Shown here: piece after piece, positions 37,747 to 46,345 of the stretch | Layout: each line of letters starts with the position of its first letter | Position numbering within the stretch: the stretch's first letter is position 1 | NCBI GenBank assembly: GCA_965250285.1 | Contig: OZ252299.1 | Coordinates: forward strand, 5,312,001 to 5,376,000 | From: Myxococcota bacterium | GTDB lineage: Bacteria > Myxococcota_A > UBA9160 > UBA4427 | Reading direction: 5' to 3' | DNA length: 64,000 nucleotides | Notes under the pieces: generated by a model | Databases searched by the model: none | What the model saw: only the letters and a program-made list of their open reading frames with translations | What the model was told of the DNA's origin: nothing | Made by a program: the position numbers and the translations under genes

Positions 37747-38169
37747 ATGGATCAGAGCGCCATTCTCGGCCCGCTCTACGCGATGGTCGGTCTCACGATC
37801 GTCGTATGGGGGGTGATGTTCGCGCGGCGGATCCCCTTCATCCAGAACAGTGGGATGACGCCAGAGCAGCTCGCGACGCCCGGTCTGCTGAACGAGATGT
37901 CGCCGCCCGCGGTCACGAATCCGTCCGATAACCTGAAGAACCTGTTCGAGATGCCGGTGCTCTTCTACGCGACGGTGCTCGCGATCTACGCCAGCGGGCA
38001 GGTCGACGCGATCCATTTGGGGGCGGCCTGGGTCTTCGTGTCCTTCCGCGTGCTCCACAGCGCGATGCACTGCACGATCAACATCGTGATCGTGCGCTTC
38101 TATCTCTATGCCGGCTCGTGCCTTGCGCTCTTCTTCATGGCGGGTCGGGCCGCCTGGAATCACTTCTGA
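37747..38169 (+). CDS. MAPEG family membrane protein
   Basis: NLKNLFEMPVLFY, RVLHS. Confidence 0.85.
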   Translation: MDQSAILGPLYAMVGLTIVVWGVMFARRIPFIQNSGMTPEQLATPGLLNEMSPPAVTNPSDNLKNLFEMPVLFYATVLAIYASGQVDAIHLGAAWVFVSFRVLHSAMHCTINIVIVRFYLYAGSCLALFFMAGRAAWNHF

Positions 38170-38268
38170 ACCGGGTGGCGCCCCGGCCGTGAGGCAGGCC
38201 CAGGCGAGGCGACGCGTCTCGTTCTCGCTCGGCCGACGGCGACGCTTCGGGCGCTACTCTCGGTGGCC

Positions 38269-38637
38269 ATGTCCGAACCCCCCGCTCGAACCGCTGCTCA
38301 CCCCACGGCCGAGGCCGTCCTCGAAGTCGCGCTGCTCGACGTGCCGGCGGCGCGGGGCGATGACTACGAGGCCGCGTTTCGCGAGGCCCAGCAGTACATC
38401 GCCGCGAGCCCCGGCTACATCCGTCACGAGCTGAGGCGGCGCACCGAGGCGCCGGGCCGCTATCTGCTGCTCGTCTGGTGGGACACGGTCGAGAGCCACG
38501 AAGAGGGGTTTCGCAAGTCGGAGCGCTACCAGCACTGGCGAGCGCTGCTCCATCCCTTCTACGAGCCCTTTCCGACCGTCGAGCACTACGTCGGCGTCGA
38601 GGGCACTGCGGGCACGGCCCCGCCGGAGAAACGCTGA
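38269..38637 (+). CDS. Antibiotic biosynthesis monooxygenase (ABM) family protein
   Basis: PGYIRHEL, YLLLVWWDTVESH-GFR, LHPFY...PTVEHY. Confidence 0.85.
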   Translation: MSEPPARTAAHPTAEAVLEVALLDVPAARGDDYEAAFREAQQYIAASPGYIRHELRRRTEAPGRYLLLVWWDTVESHEEGFRKSERYQHWRALLHPFYEPFPTVEHYVGVEGTAGTAPPEKR

Positions 38638-38639
38638 CG

Positions 38640-39461
38640 ATGGCGAACGATACGAACGAGGCGCGCGATCATGAGAAGGCGATCATCGTCGAGCGACGCG
38701 GCGCCGTCGAAACGCTGATCATCAACGATGCGCCGCGCAACCGCATGACGCTCGCGTACATCGACGAGCTCGAGGTCGAGATCGAACGCATCGCGAAGGA
38801 CGACGGGGTGCGCGCGATCGTGTTTCGAGGCGCGGGCGAAGAGCACTTCTCGGTGGGCATGAACCTCAAGCAGTTGCCCCAGGGCATCCAGGAGAAGGGC
38901 AGCCCCGACGCCATCTTCGACCAACGTCTTCGGGTGCTGTCGGCCATCGAGCACCTCGGCAAGCCTTCGATCGCGCTCCTCTACGGCTACTGCCTTGGCG
39001 GGGGTCTCGAGCTTCCCCTCGCATGCCACTTCAGGTTGGCGGCGGAAGAGGGCGCGCAGATCGGTCTGCCCGAGATGGATCTCGGCACGGTGCCGGCCTG
39101 GGGGGGCAGCGCGCGGCTGCCGCGGCGCGTCGGTCGCGACGCCGCGCTCGACATGATCCTGCGCGGCAAGAAGATCTCGGGCCCCGAGGCGCACCGCATC
39201 GGCCTGGTGAACGAGGTCTGGCCTCTGACCGAGCTCTTCGATCGGGGGCAGGCCCTCGCCGACGAGCTGGCTGCGCAGCCCCGCATCGCGGTGCGCGAAA
39301 TGCTCAAGGTGATCGTCGGAGGAGCCGGCAAGACCCTCGAAGAGTCGCTGGCCGACGAGCGGGCCGCCGTGCACGCCACCTTTGGCACGGCCGACCAGAA
39401 GGAAGGCATGATGGCCTTCCTCGAGAAGCGCGACCCGGTCTTCAATCAAGACGTCGACTAG
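38640..39461 (+). CDS. Enoyl-CoA hydratase/isomerase family protein
   Basis: FSVGMNL, CLGGGLEL, GLPE, EGMMAFLEKR. Confidence 0.92.
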   Translation: MANDTNEARDHEKAIIVERRGAVETLIINDAPRNRMTLAYIDELEVEIERIAKDDGVRAIVFRGAGEEHFSVGMNLKQLPQGIQEKGSPDAIFDQRLRVLSAIEHLGKPSIALLYGYCLGGGLELPLACHFRLAAEEGAQIGLPEMDLGTVPAWGGSARLPRRVGRDAALDMILRGKKISGPEAHRIGLVNEVWPLTELFDRGQALADELAAQPRIAVREMLKVIVGGAGKTLEESLADERAAVHATFGTADQKEGMMAFLEKRDPVFNQDVD

Positions 39462-39481
39462 TCGACGGCCTGCCCGAGCGT

Positions 39482-39616
39482 CTACGACGCCGACGGGGCT
39501 TTGGCAGTGCGCTCGCGTTGCCACTTCCACAGCGACAGGCCGTGCAGGGTCAGACTCAACGGGATGATGAAGGTTGGGATCAGCACCAGCGGGAACCGAC
39601 CCATCAGCACGTTCGG
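39482..39616 (-). pseudogene. C-terminal fragment of a membrane protein
   Basis: Frame not in the ORF track: PNVLMGRFPLVLIPTFIIPLSLTLHGLSLWKWQRERTAKAPSAS*; in-frame TAG 10 codons upstream, within a hairpin element. Confidence 0.55.
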
Positions 39617-39771
39617 TCTCCTCGGCGAGCGAAGCCACGCCGTGGGCTACGCTCGGCGGCGTTGCTCGCCCTTCGATTCCGATGCGCGGCGAGCGTTCCG
39701 CAGGCGCGTTCCAGCATTCAGAACGCGCGTCAGGAGACGGCGCGGTGACAGGCCCTCAGACCGACCGACCG

Positions 39772-40011
39772 ATGCACATTCGCCTCTCACAAGAGCGGCA
39801 CGAACAAGTCGTCGAGGCGTTGCAGCGCTTCACGAACGACGAGTTCGACTTCGCCCTGAGCGACTTTCAGGCGGGCCGGCTGCTCGATCACATGGTGCAG
39901 GTGCTGGGTGCGCCCATCTACAATCAGGCGATTCAGGACGCACGCCGGTTCGTGCACGAGAAGCTCGACGATCTCGAAGGCGAGTTCTACGAGCCCGAAG
40001 TTCGCGACTGA
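39772..40011 (+). CDS. DUF2164 family protein
   Basis: FQAGRLLD, LGAPIYNQAIQDA. Confidence 0.8.
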   Translation: MHIRLSQERHEQVVEALQRFTNDEFDFALSDFQAGRLLDHMVQVLGAPIYNQAIQDARRFVHEKLDDLEGEFYEPEVRD

Positions 40012-40030
40012 CCCAGCGCGGAGCCCATGC

Positions 40031-40552
40031 ATGCAGATCGCGATCCGGTCGGCCGAAGCACGCGATCTGCCGCAGCTCGTCGCGCTCTACAACCACTACA
40101 TCGAACACTCTCCTGCGACGTTCGATCTCGTGCCCCACACGATCGAAGACCGGCGCCCGTGGTTCGACGCCTTCGCGCGAAGCGGCCGGCATCGTCTGCT
40201 CGTCGCCGAGGCGATCTCGGAGGCCGGCGACGCTCGGATCGCCGGCTTCGCCTCGAGTCGACAGTTCAGAGCCAAGGCAGCCTACGACCCTTCCGTCGAG
40301 GCCTCGGTCTATGTCGCACACGATGCGCTCGGCCACGGCATCGGCGGCGCGCTGTACGCAGAGCTGCTGCCTCTGCTGCGCGCCGCGCCCGACGCGCACC
40401 GCGCCCTGGCGGGCATCACGCTGCCCAACGACGCGTCGGTGGCGCTCCACGAGCGGTTCGGCTTCGAGCGCGTCGGCGTGTTTCGCGAGGTCGGCTTCAA
40501 GTTCGATCGCTACTGGGACGTCGTCTGGTACGAGCTCGACCTCGAGGCGTGA
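40031..40552 (+). CDS. GNAT acetyltransferase (Pat/YncA-like)
   Basis: YNHYI...ATFD, SVYV, GIGGALY, PNDASVALHERFGF, EVGFKFDRYWDV. Confidence 0.92.
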   Translation: MQIAIRSAEARDLPQLVALYNHYIEHSPATFDLVPHTIEDRRPWFDAFARSGRHRLLVAEAISEAGDARIAGFASSRQFRAKAAYDPSVEASVYVAHDALGHGIGGALYAELLPLLRAAPDAHRALAGITLPNDASVALHERFGFERVGVFREVGFKFDRYWDVVWYELDLEA

Positions 40553-40662
40553 CCGGTTCGTCGCGCGCCCCCTGTCTGCGCGCCTCGTTCGTCGGGTAGA
40601 CTCGGTCGCGGGGTGCCAGGGCGTGCCCCGATGCAACCGGGTTGTGACGGATTGGGCCCCGC

Positions 40663-41355
40663 ATGTTGAACCGCTGCTTCGCCGAGGCCTTCGGCACCTT
40701 CGCGCTCGTCTTCACCGGGACCGGCGCCATCGTCGTGAACGACCTGACCCAGGGCGCGATCGGTCATGCCGGCATCGCCGCCACCTTCGGGCTGATCGTG
40801 TCGGTGATGATCTATTCGGTGGGCGACGTCTCGGGGGCGCATCTGAACCCCGCGGTCACCCTCGCGTTCTTCATTGCGCGTCGCTTGCCCGGCGCCGATG
40901 TCGCGCCCTACGTCGCGAGTCAGCTGGCCGGTGCGCTGGTCGGCTCGGCGCTCGTCCGAGCCGTCATCGGGTCGGATGCCACGCTCGGGGCGACGCTGCC
41001 CGCCGGCTCGCTGGGGCAGTCGTTCGTGCTCGAAGTCATCCTCACGATGCTGCTGATGTACACGATCCTCGGCGTCTCGACGGGCGCCAAGGAGAAGGGC
41101 ATCACCGCCGCGCTGGCGATCGGCGCCACGGTCGGCCTCGCCGCGATGTTCGGTGGGCCGATCTCGGGGGCGTCGATGAACCCGGCCCGCTCGCTCGCGC
41201 CCGCCGTCGTATCGGGGCACGTGCAGCATCTCTGGATCTACCTCGTCGCGCCGCCGATCGGCGCAGGGCTCGCGGTGTTCGCGTGTCGCTGGACGCGGGG
41301 CGCTGACTGCTGCACCGCCGACGCGCCCGATGCGCTGGAGGGAGCCGGCTCATGA
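40663..41355 (+). CDS. MIP/aquaporin family channel
   Basis: SGAHLNPAVT and SGASMNPARS. Confidence 0.95.
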   Translation: MLNRCFAEAFGTFALVFTGTGAIVVNDLTQGAIGHAGIAATFGLIVSVMIYSVGDVSGAHLNPAVTLAFFIARRLPGADVAPYVASQLAGALVGSALVRAVIGSDATLGATLPAGSLGQSFVLEVILTMLLMYTILGVSTGAKEKGITAALAIGATVGLAAMFGGPISGASMNPARSLAPAVVSGHVQHLWIYLVAPPIGAGLAVFACRWTRGADCCTADAPDALEGAGS

Positions 41356-41909
41356 GCCCTGTTCGCAAGAAGAGCGCGAAGCGCAAGGCTGCCAAGAAGC
41401 AGGCGAATCGAAAGAAGTCCGCGCGCAAGAAGGCCGCCCGCAAGAAGGCTGCGAAGAAAGCCGGGAACACGAGCGGCAAGAAGGCTGCGAAGAAAGCCGG
41501 GAACACGAGCCGCAAGAAGGCTGTGAAGAAGAAGTCGACTGTGGTGCGCAAGCGCGCCGCCTCGAAGCGCCGCGGCGTCGACCTCGCGATGATCCGCCGC
41601 GCGGCGATGGCCTGGCCCGGGGTCGAGGAGGGCCCGTCGTATGGCACGCCGGGCTTTCGCGTGAAGAAGAAGCTCTTTCTGCGGATCCACCAGGGGGGCG
41701 ACGACCTGGTCGTGCGACTCGACGACGATCTCTGCGAGATGCTCATGACGACCGAACCGACGATCTTTCACAAGACGCCGCACTACGAAGGCCACCCATT
41801 CGTGCTCGCGCGACTCGCGATCATGAGCGAAGCGCGGCTGCTCGGTCTGGTCGAGGATGCCTGGCGCATCTCGGCGCCCGCGCGCCTGGTCGCCGAGGTC
41901 GAAGGCTGA
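41352..41909 (+). CDS. MmcQ/YjbR-like domain with Lys/Ala-rich histone H1-like N-terminus
   Basis: About 70 aa of KKAAKK-type repeats, then WPGVEEGPSYGTPGFRV, TPHYEGHP, EDAWR. Confidence 0.82.
   Translation: MSPVRKKSAKRKAAKKQANRKKSARKKAARKKAAKKAGNTSGKKAAKKAGNTSRKKAVKKKSTVVRKRAASKRRGVDLAMIRRAAMAWPGVEEGPSYGTPGFRVKKKLFLRIHQGGDDLVVRLDDDLCEMLMTTEPTIFHKTPHYEGHPFVLARLAIMSEARLLGLVEDAWRISAPARLVAEVEG
41440..41531 (+). repeat. In-frame 36-bp tandem repeat (about 2.5 copies)
   Basis: gcaagaaggctgcgaagaaagccgggaacacgagc at 41440 and 41476, partial copy at 41512. Confidence 0.85.
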
Positions 41910-41943
41910 CCCGGCCGTCCCCGCGTCGGCTACGCTCGTCGTC

Positions 41944-42165
41944 ATGGAGCCGCTCGGCAGAATCGTGATGTGGGCCGGTCTCGCCCTGCTGGCGGTCGGT
42001 CTGCTATTGCAGTTCGGCCCGCAGGTGCCGCTGCTCGGTCGCCTGCCGGGCGACATTCGCATCGAGCGAGACGGCATGCAGGTCTTCATCCCCATCACGA
42101 GCTGCATCGTGGTGAGTCTGGTGTTCTCGGGCCTGGCCTGGCTCGTGGGGAGAGTGCGCTCTTGA
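41944..42165 (+). CDS. DUF2905 family small membrane protein
   Basis: LGRLPGDI, FIPITSCIVVS. Confidence 0.87.
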   Translation: MEPLGRIVMWAGLALLAVGLLLQFGPQVPLLGRLPGDIRIERDGMQVFIPITSCIVVSLVFSGLAWLVGRVRS

Positions 42166-42431
42166 GTCGATCGACGTGCCTGCGCGGGCTTGCCATTGCA
42201 GCCGTGCTCGTATTCGGCTGCAGCAGCGGGCCCGACAAGGAGTGCATCCACGTCTGTGACGTCGATTGGGAGGCGTGCACGATGGCGTCGCAGCGCGAGA
42301 ACGCGGCCTGTGAAGCCGGCTGCGGTGACCGCGACACCTGCCGCGCGCGCTGCGAAGCGGCCTTGCCGCTCGAACGCGATCGCTGTGACACGCGGCATCG
42401 GGGCTGTCTCGAGGGGTGTTCGGGCGGCTGA
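42162..42431 (+). CDS. Cys-rich small lipoprotein
   Basis: TTG start overlapping the upstream TGA; lipobox-like VFGC; 10 Cys after the lipobox Cys. Confidence 0.7.
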   Translation: MSRSTCLRGLAIAAVLVFGCSSGPDKECIHVCDVDWEACTMASQRENAACEAGCGDRDTCRARCEAALPLERDRCDTRHRGCLEGCSGG

Positions 42432-42445
42432 ACGGGAGTGGAGCG

Positions 42446-42811
42446 ATGGCGATCCCGACCCACGGCCTCACGCATCTGAGCCTGAGCGTGCGCGATCCCG
42501 AGGCTTCGAAGGCGTTCTACGAGCAGCTCTTCGGCGTGCGTGAACTGCACCGCGAGCCGGGGCAGATTCAGGTGGCCGGGCCCGGGGCCCACGACGTGAT
42601 CGTATTCGAGCGGCGCGAAGGCGCCGGAACGACGGGCGGGATCGATCACTTCGGCTTTCGGCTGCGCGATCCGGCCGACATCGAGGTGGCGCTCCGCGAA
42701 GCAAAGGCTGCGGGCGCGAAGATCGTGCGCCACGGCGAGTTCGAGCCGGGCTCACCCTACCTCTACATCGAGGATCCCGACGGCTACACGATCGAGATCT
42801 GGTACGAGTAG
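42446..42811 (+). CDS. VOC family protein
   Basis: LTHLSLSV, IDHFGF, YIEDPDGYTIEI. Confidence 0.9.
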   Translation: MAIPTHGLTHLSLSVRDPEASKAFYEQLFGVRELHREPGQIQVAGPGAHDVIVFERREGAGTTGGIDHFGFRLRDPADIEVALREAKAAGAKIVRHGEFEPGSPYLYIEDPDGYTIEIWYE

Positions 42812-42836
42812 AGGCTGCTTCAGCGCGAGGTGCCCC

Positions 42837-43250
42837 ATGAGCGACGCCACCGACAAGAGAGCAGACCCCGTCGATCCGCGAGACTCGACCACGGTGCTCG
42901 CGGTGTCGGACATCCAGGCGAGCGTCGACTACTTCGTCGACGCGCTCGGTTTCACGAGAGACTTCATCTACGGCGACCCCCCGTTCTACGCGGGCGTGTT
43001 TCGAGGCCCCGTCGCGATCCATCTGCAGGGGCCCAAGGCGACCGAACGACCTGCGGGCGGCGGCAGCGTCTACCTGTTCTGCGGCGACGCACGCGCGGCC
43101 CACGCCGAGTTCACCGAACGAGGCGCTCGCGTCACCGCGTCGCCCGAAGCGCGCGACTACGGTCTCGTCGACTTCATCGTGCTCGATCCCGACGGCAATC
43201 AGCTGATCTGGGCGAGTGACGTCGAAGCGGCGGCAGGGAGCGAGGCTTGA
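42837..43250 (+). CDS. VOC family (bleomycin-resistance-like) protein
   Basis: YFVDALGF, YGLVDFIVLDPDGNQL. Confidence 0.87.
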   Translation: MSDATDKRADPVDPRDSTTVLAVSDIQASVDYFVDALGFTRDFIYGDPPFYAGVFRGPVAIHLQGPKATERPAGGGSVYLFCGDARAAHAEFTERGARVTASPEARDYGLVDFIVLDPDGNQLIWASDVEAAAGSEA

Positions 43251-43753
43251 GCGAAACGAAGGCACGCGATCTCGGGCCGATCACGATCGAGCCGATCGGA
43301 TGGATCGAGAGCGAACGCGACGAGGTGCGCGACGACGATTGGGGTGGCTCGGTCTCGACGATCGTGCTGGCCGCTCGGTTGCCCGCCGAGGCGCTGCAGG
43401 GGCTCGAAACGTTCTCGCACGTGGAGGTCATCTTTCACTTCGACCGCGTGACGCCCGAGAAGATCGTGGCCGGCGCGCGGCACCCGCGAAACAACGAAGA
43501 CTGGCCTGCGGTCGGCATCTTCGCGCAGCGCGGCAAGAACCGGCCGAACCGGCTGGGGCAGACCACGTGCCGTGTGCTGGGACGCGAGGGGCGGCGCCTG
43601 CGCGTCGCCGAGCTCGACGCCGTCGACGGCACGCCGGTGATCGATCTCAAGCCCGTGATGCCCGAGTTCATGCCGCGCGGCGAGGTGTTCGCGCCCGCCT
43701 GGTCGGCCGAGCTGATGGCGCGCTACTGGAACGAGCCGGGCAACGACGGCTGA
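43247..43753 (+). CDS. TsaA/TrmO-like SAM-binding protein
   Basis: PIGWI, GLETFSH, GIFAQRGKNRPNRLG, LDAVDGTPVIDLKP. Confidence 0.88.
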   Translation: MSETKARDLGPITIEPIGWIESERDEVRDDDWGGSVSTIVLAARLPAEALQGLETFSHVEVIFHFDRVTPEKIVAGARHPRNNEDWPAVGIFAQRGKNRPNRLGQTTCRVLGREGRRLRVAELDAVDGTPVIDLKPVMPEFMPRGEVFAPAWSAELMARYWNEPGNDG

Positions 43754-43774
43754 CGTGCCGCGTGTCGCCGAAGC

Positions 43775-44230
43775 TCAGCCGCCTTCGATGATCTCGCGTA
43801 GGGCGACGAGGTGATGATTCGTCCAGCCCGACTCGTAATCCTCGAGCTCTCGGCCTGCCTTGTCGCCGAGGCGCTCGAAGCCGTGGTGGAAAATCTCGAC
43901 GAGGGTGCCCGAGAACACCGGGCGCAGACGAATCGTGTGATACGTCGTGGCCGGCCACGCATCGGGCCCCTCCCAGTTGCTCTCGTAGCTGAGCTCGCGC
44001 TCGGGCTCGAAGACGACGACCCGACCGCAGAAGCGCTCGACCTGGCCGTCGATTTCGACCGAGAGCCGAATGTCGCTCCCCTCGCGCGGCTCGAAGGCTT
44101 CGAGGGCGTGACCCCGGCCGAACCAGACCGCGAGGCGATCCTGCGTCTCGAACTCCTGCCATACGCGCGCCGGCGACGCGTCGATGAAGCCGCTGCGCCG
44201 AAGGTGGAGCGGGCCGATCTCGATTCTCAT
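43775..44230 (-). CDS. SRPBCC/AHSA1 domain protein
   Basis: IDASPARVW, FEPREG, GWTNH; GGAGGA RBS. Confidence 0.83.
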   Translation of the reverse strand: MRIEIGPLHLRRSGFIDASPARVWQEFETQDRLAVWFGRGHALEAFEPREGSDIRLSVEIDGQVERFCGRVVVFEPERELSYESNWEGPDAWPATTYHTIRLRPVFSGTLVEIFHHGFERLGDKAGRELEDYESGWTNHHLVALREIIEGG

Positions 44231-44492
44231 GCGGTCCTCCGATCCGGTACGTGGGGCGCTCGGGGCGGGTGACATGCGCAGCGCGCTCGCACTGCATGCA
44301 GGCTGAACGCGGCACCCCGCGGCATGGCCCCGGGCGTGAGCCTGCCAGACCGGTGGCGCCGTCGTCACCCAGAATCGCGGCGCGCCGATCGGAGCCTTCC
44401 GATATGCTCATGGTCGTGCGGGAGCGCGCCCACGGCGACGTTTCTGCTCGCCTGCGCCCACTGCCCCCTGCGCCCGCTCGACCGTGAGGAAG

Positions 44493-45119
44493 ATGGCGAT
44501 GGCTGGATCGGGCTCCCTCCCTCTGCCGATGCGGCCGCAGGGCCTGCGTGGTCGCATCTTCGGCGCCCTGATGGAGCGCATGAATGCCGGTGCGTACCGG
44601 CAGGCCCTCGACGCGCTGGCCGTGCAGGCCGGCGAGCGGCTGCTCGAGATCGGCTTCGGGACCGGGCGCTTCGTGGAGCTCGCCCTGCGCGCCGCCAGCG
44701 AGCTGAGCGTCGCGGGGGTCGACCCTGCCGAGACCATGGTCGACGTCGCGCGTGGCCGACGAGCGGTGCGCCAGGCCGGCGACCGCGCCGACCTGAGACA
44801 GGGGCACGACGTGCCGCTGCCCTGGCCCGATGCGGCGTTCGACGCCGCCGTTGCGCTGCATTCGTTCCAGTTCTGGCCCGAACCGGCCCGGACGCTCGTC
44901 GAGCTGCGCCGGGTGCTCGCGCCCACTGGGCGGGCGGTGTTCGTTCTGCGCGATCATGATCGTCGGCCACCCGAGTGGCTGCCGAACCCGATCAGTCGTT
45001 CCGGGGACGAAGCAGGGGGGCTGTGTCGACTGCTCGCCTCGAGCGGGTTCGAGGTCGAGCGAGCGGCCGATTCGATCGGTGCACCCATCGTGGCGCGGGT
45101 CGACGCTGCGTCGGGCTAG
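44493..45119 (+). CDS. Class I SAM-dependent methyltransferase
   Basis: LLEIGFGTG, GVDPAETMV, LPWPDAAFD, RVLAPTG. Confidence 0.88.
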   Translation: MAMAGSGSLPLPMRPQGLRGRIFGALMERMNAGAYRQALDALAVQAGERLLEIGFGTGRFVELALRAASELSVAGVDPAETMVDVARGRRAVRQAGDRADLRQGHDVPLPWPDAAFDAAVALHSFQFWPEPARTLVELRRVLAPTGRAVFVLRDHDRRPPEWLPNPISRSGDEAGGLCRLLASSGFEVERAADSIGAPIVARVDAASG

Positions 45120-45165
45120 ACCCGACCGGTCGGTGCGGCATCGGGCTCGAGACGAGGAGGCGAAC

Positions 45166-45603
45166 ATGAACGTGCAGGGCGAGTGCCTCTGCGGAGCGTG
45201 CGCATGGGAGGCCGAGATCGATCCCGGTCTCGTGTTCCTGTGTCACTGCGACGACTGCCAGATCCAGGGCGGCTCGGCCTTTCGGTCGACGGCGATCGCG
45301 GCGCCCGATCGTTTCCGGCTCGTGCGTGGCGAGCTCAGCGCATACGTGAAGACCGCGGAGAGCGGCTCGTCGCGGTCCCTCGCCTTCTGCACGATCTGCG
45401 GCACGCACGTGTACGGAGGGCCGCCCGAGGGCGAGTCGGGCATGCTCAGCCTGCGCGTCTCGCCGCTCGCGCAGCGTCGCGAGCTCGTGCCCACGGGCCA
45501 GGTCTGGTGTCGTTCGCGACTCGACTGGCTCGACGACCTCGAGTCGATTCCGGCGTTCGAGACGCAGCCGGGCGCCCGGCGCGCCGCCGAGGCTTCGAGT
45601 TGA
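45166..45603 (+). CDS. GFA/CENP-V family protein
   Basis: GECLCG, CHCDDCQ, FCTICGT; GAGGAGG RBS. Confidence 0.92.
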   Translation: MNVQGECLCGACAWEAEIDPGLVFLCHCDDCQIQGGSAFRSTAIAAPDRFRLVRGELSAYVKTAESGSSRSLAFCTICGTHVYGGPPEGESGMLSLRVSPLAQRRELVPTGQVWCRSRLDWLDDLESIPAFETQPGARRAAEASS

Positions 45604-45860
45604 GGGCGCGGGTCGGGGTTTGCAGCGTGGTCGGCGTCGTCGCCGTGCTGCTCGCAGTCGCCTGCGTCAATCCACAGAAGCGCGACATGGAGGCGGCGCA
45701 GGAGCGGCTCGACGCGTGCATCGCCGAGTATGGTCGAGAGCATCCCGACTGTCGCGAGGCCGAGCTCGCGCTGCTCGACGCCCAGGCGCGCTACGACGAG
45801 AAGGCGCGGCAGGCGTGGTCCTGCGACCCGACGCAGGACTTGTGCCCGACGCCGCGATAG
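45600..45860 (+). CDS. Small hypothetical lipoprotein
   Basis: TTG start overlaps the GFA stop; leader ending LAVAC; 4 Cys after the lipobox Cys. Confidence 0.6.
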   Translation: MRARVGVCSVVGVVAVLLAVACVNPQKRDMEAAQERLDACIAEYGREHPDCREAELALLDAQARYDEKARQAWSCDPTQDLCPTPR

Positions 45861-45869
45861 ACCGTCGAC

Positions 45870-46229
45870 TCAGCCTTCGAGGTCGGCCCGCGCGATCTCG
45901 ATCTCGAAATACTCATCGTCGCTCGCGTCCTGACGCACCGCATGCGACGTGTCGTGCACCGGTGTCGTGCTGCCCGCCTTGAAGATGCACAGATAGATGT
46001 CGGGATGCGCCTCTCCGAAATCCTTGAACGCTTCGTCGGTGAAGCGGATCTCGAAACGCCCCTCGCCGTCCGTCTCGGACTGCCCGAGGTAATCGTCCTG
46101 AATGACGTCACGGTCGAACGCGTTGACCATGAGCCCGGCGATCGGGGTCTTCGAGTCGCGTTCGACCACGACGCCGCTCACGCGATGGTTCTTCCACTGG
46201 ATCCACGGGACGGGGACGAATCGGGGCAT
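45870..46229 (-). CDS. Hypothetical protein (transthyretin-like/CarboxypepD regulatory-like beta domain)
   Basis: VSGVVVE, V-AFDRD, DDYLG-SETDGEGRFEI, PDIY. Confidence 0.65.
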   Translation of the reverse strand: MPRFVPVPWIQWKNHRVSGVVVERDSKTPIAGLMVNAFDRDVIQDDYLGQSETDGEGRFEIRFTDEAFKDFGEAHPDIYLCIFKAGSTTPVHDTSHAVRQDASDDEYFEIEIARADLEG

Positions 46230-46345
46230 CTCGATGCGCTCTCTTTCTCTTCGTGTCGCTCGTTCTTGCTCGACCGCCGGGTGTGACCTGCGGCGCGCCA
46301 CACGAATTCTCCCCACGGCTGGGGCGGGCATGTACCCTCGGCACC

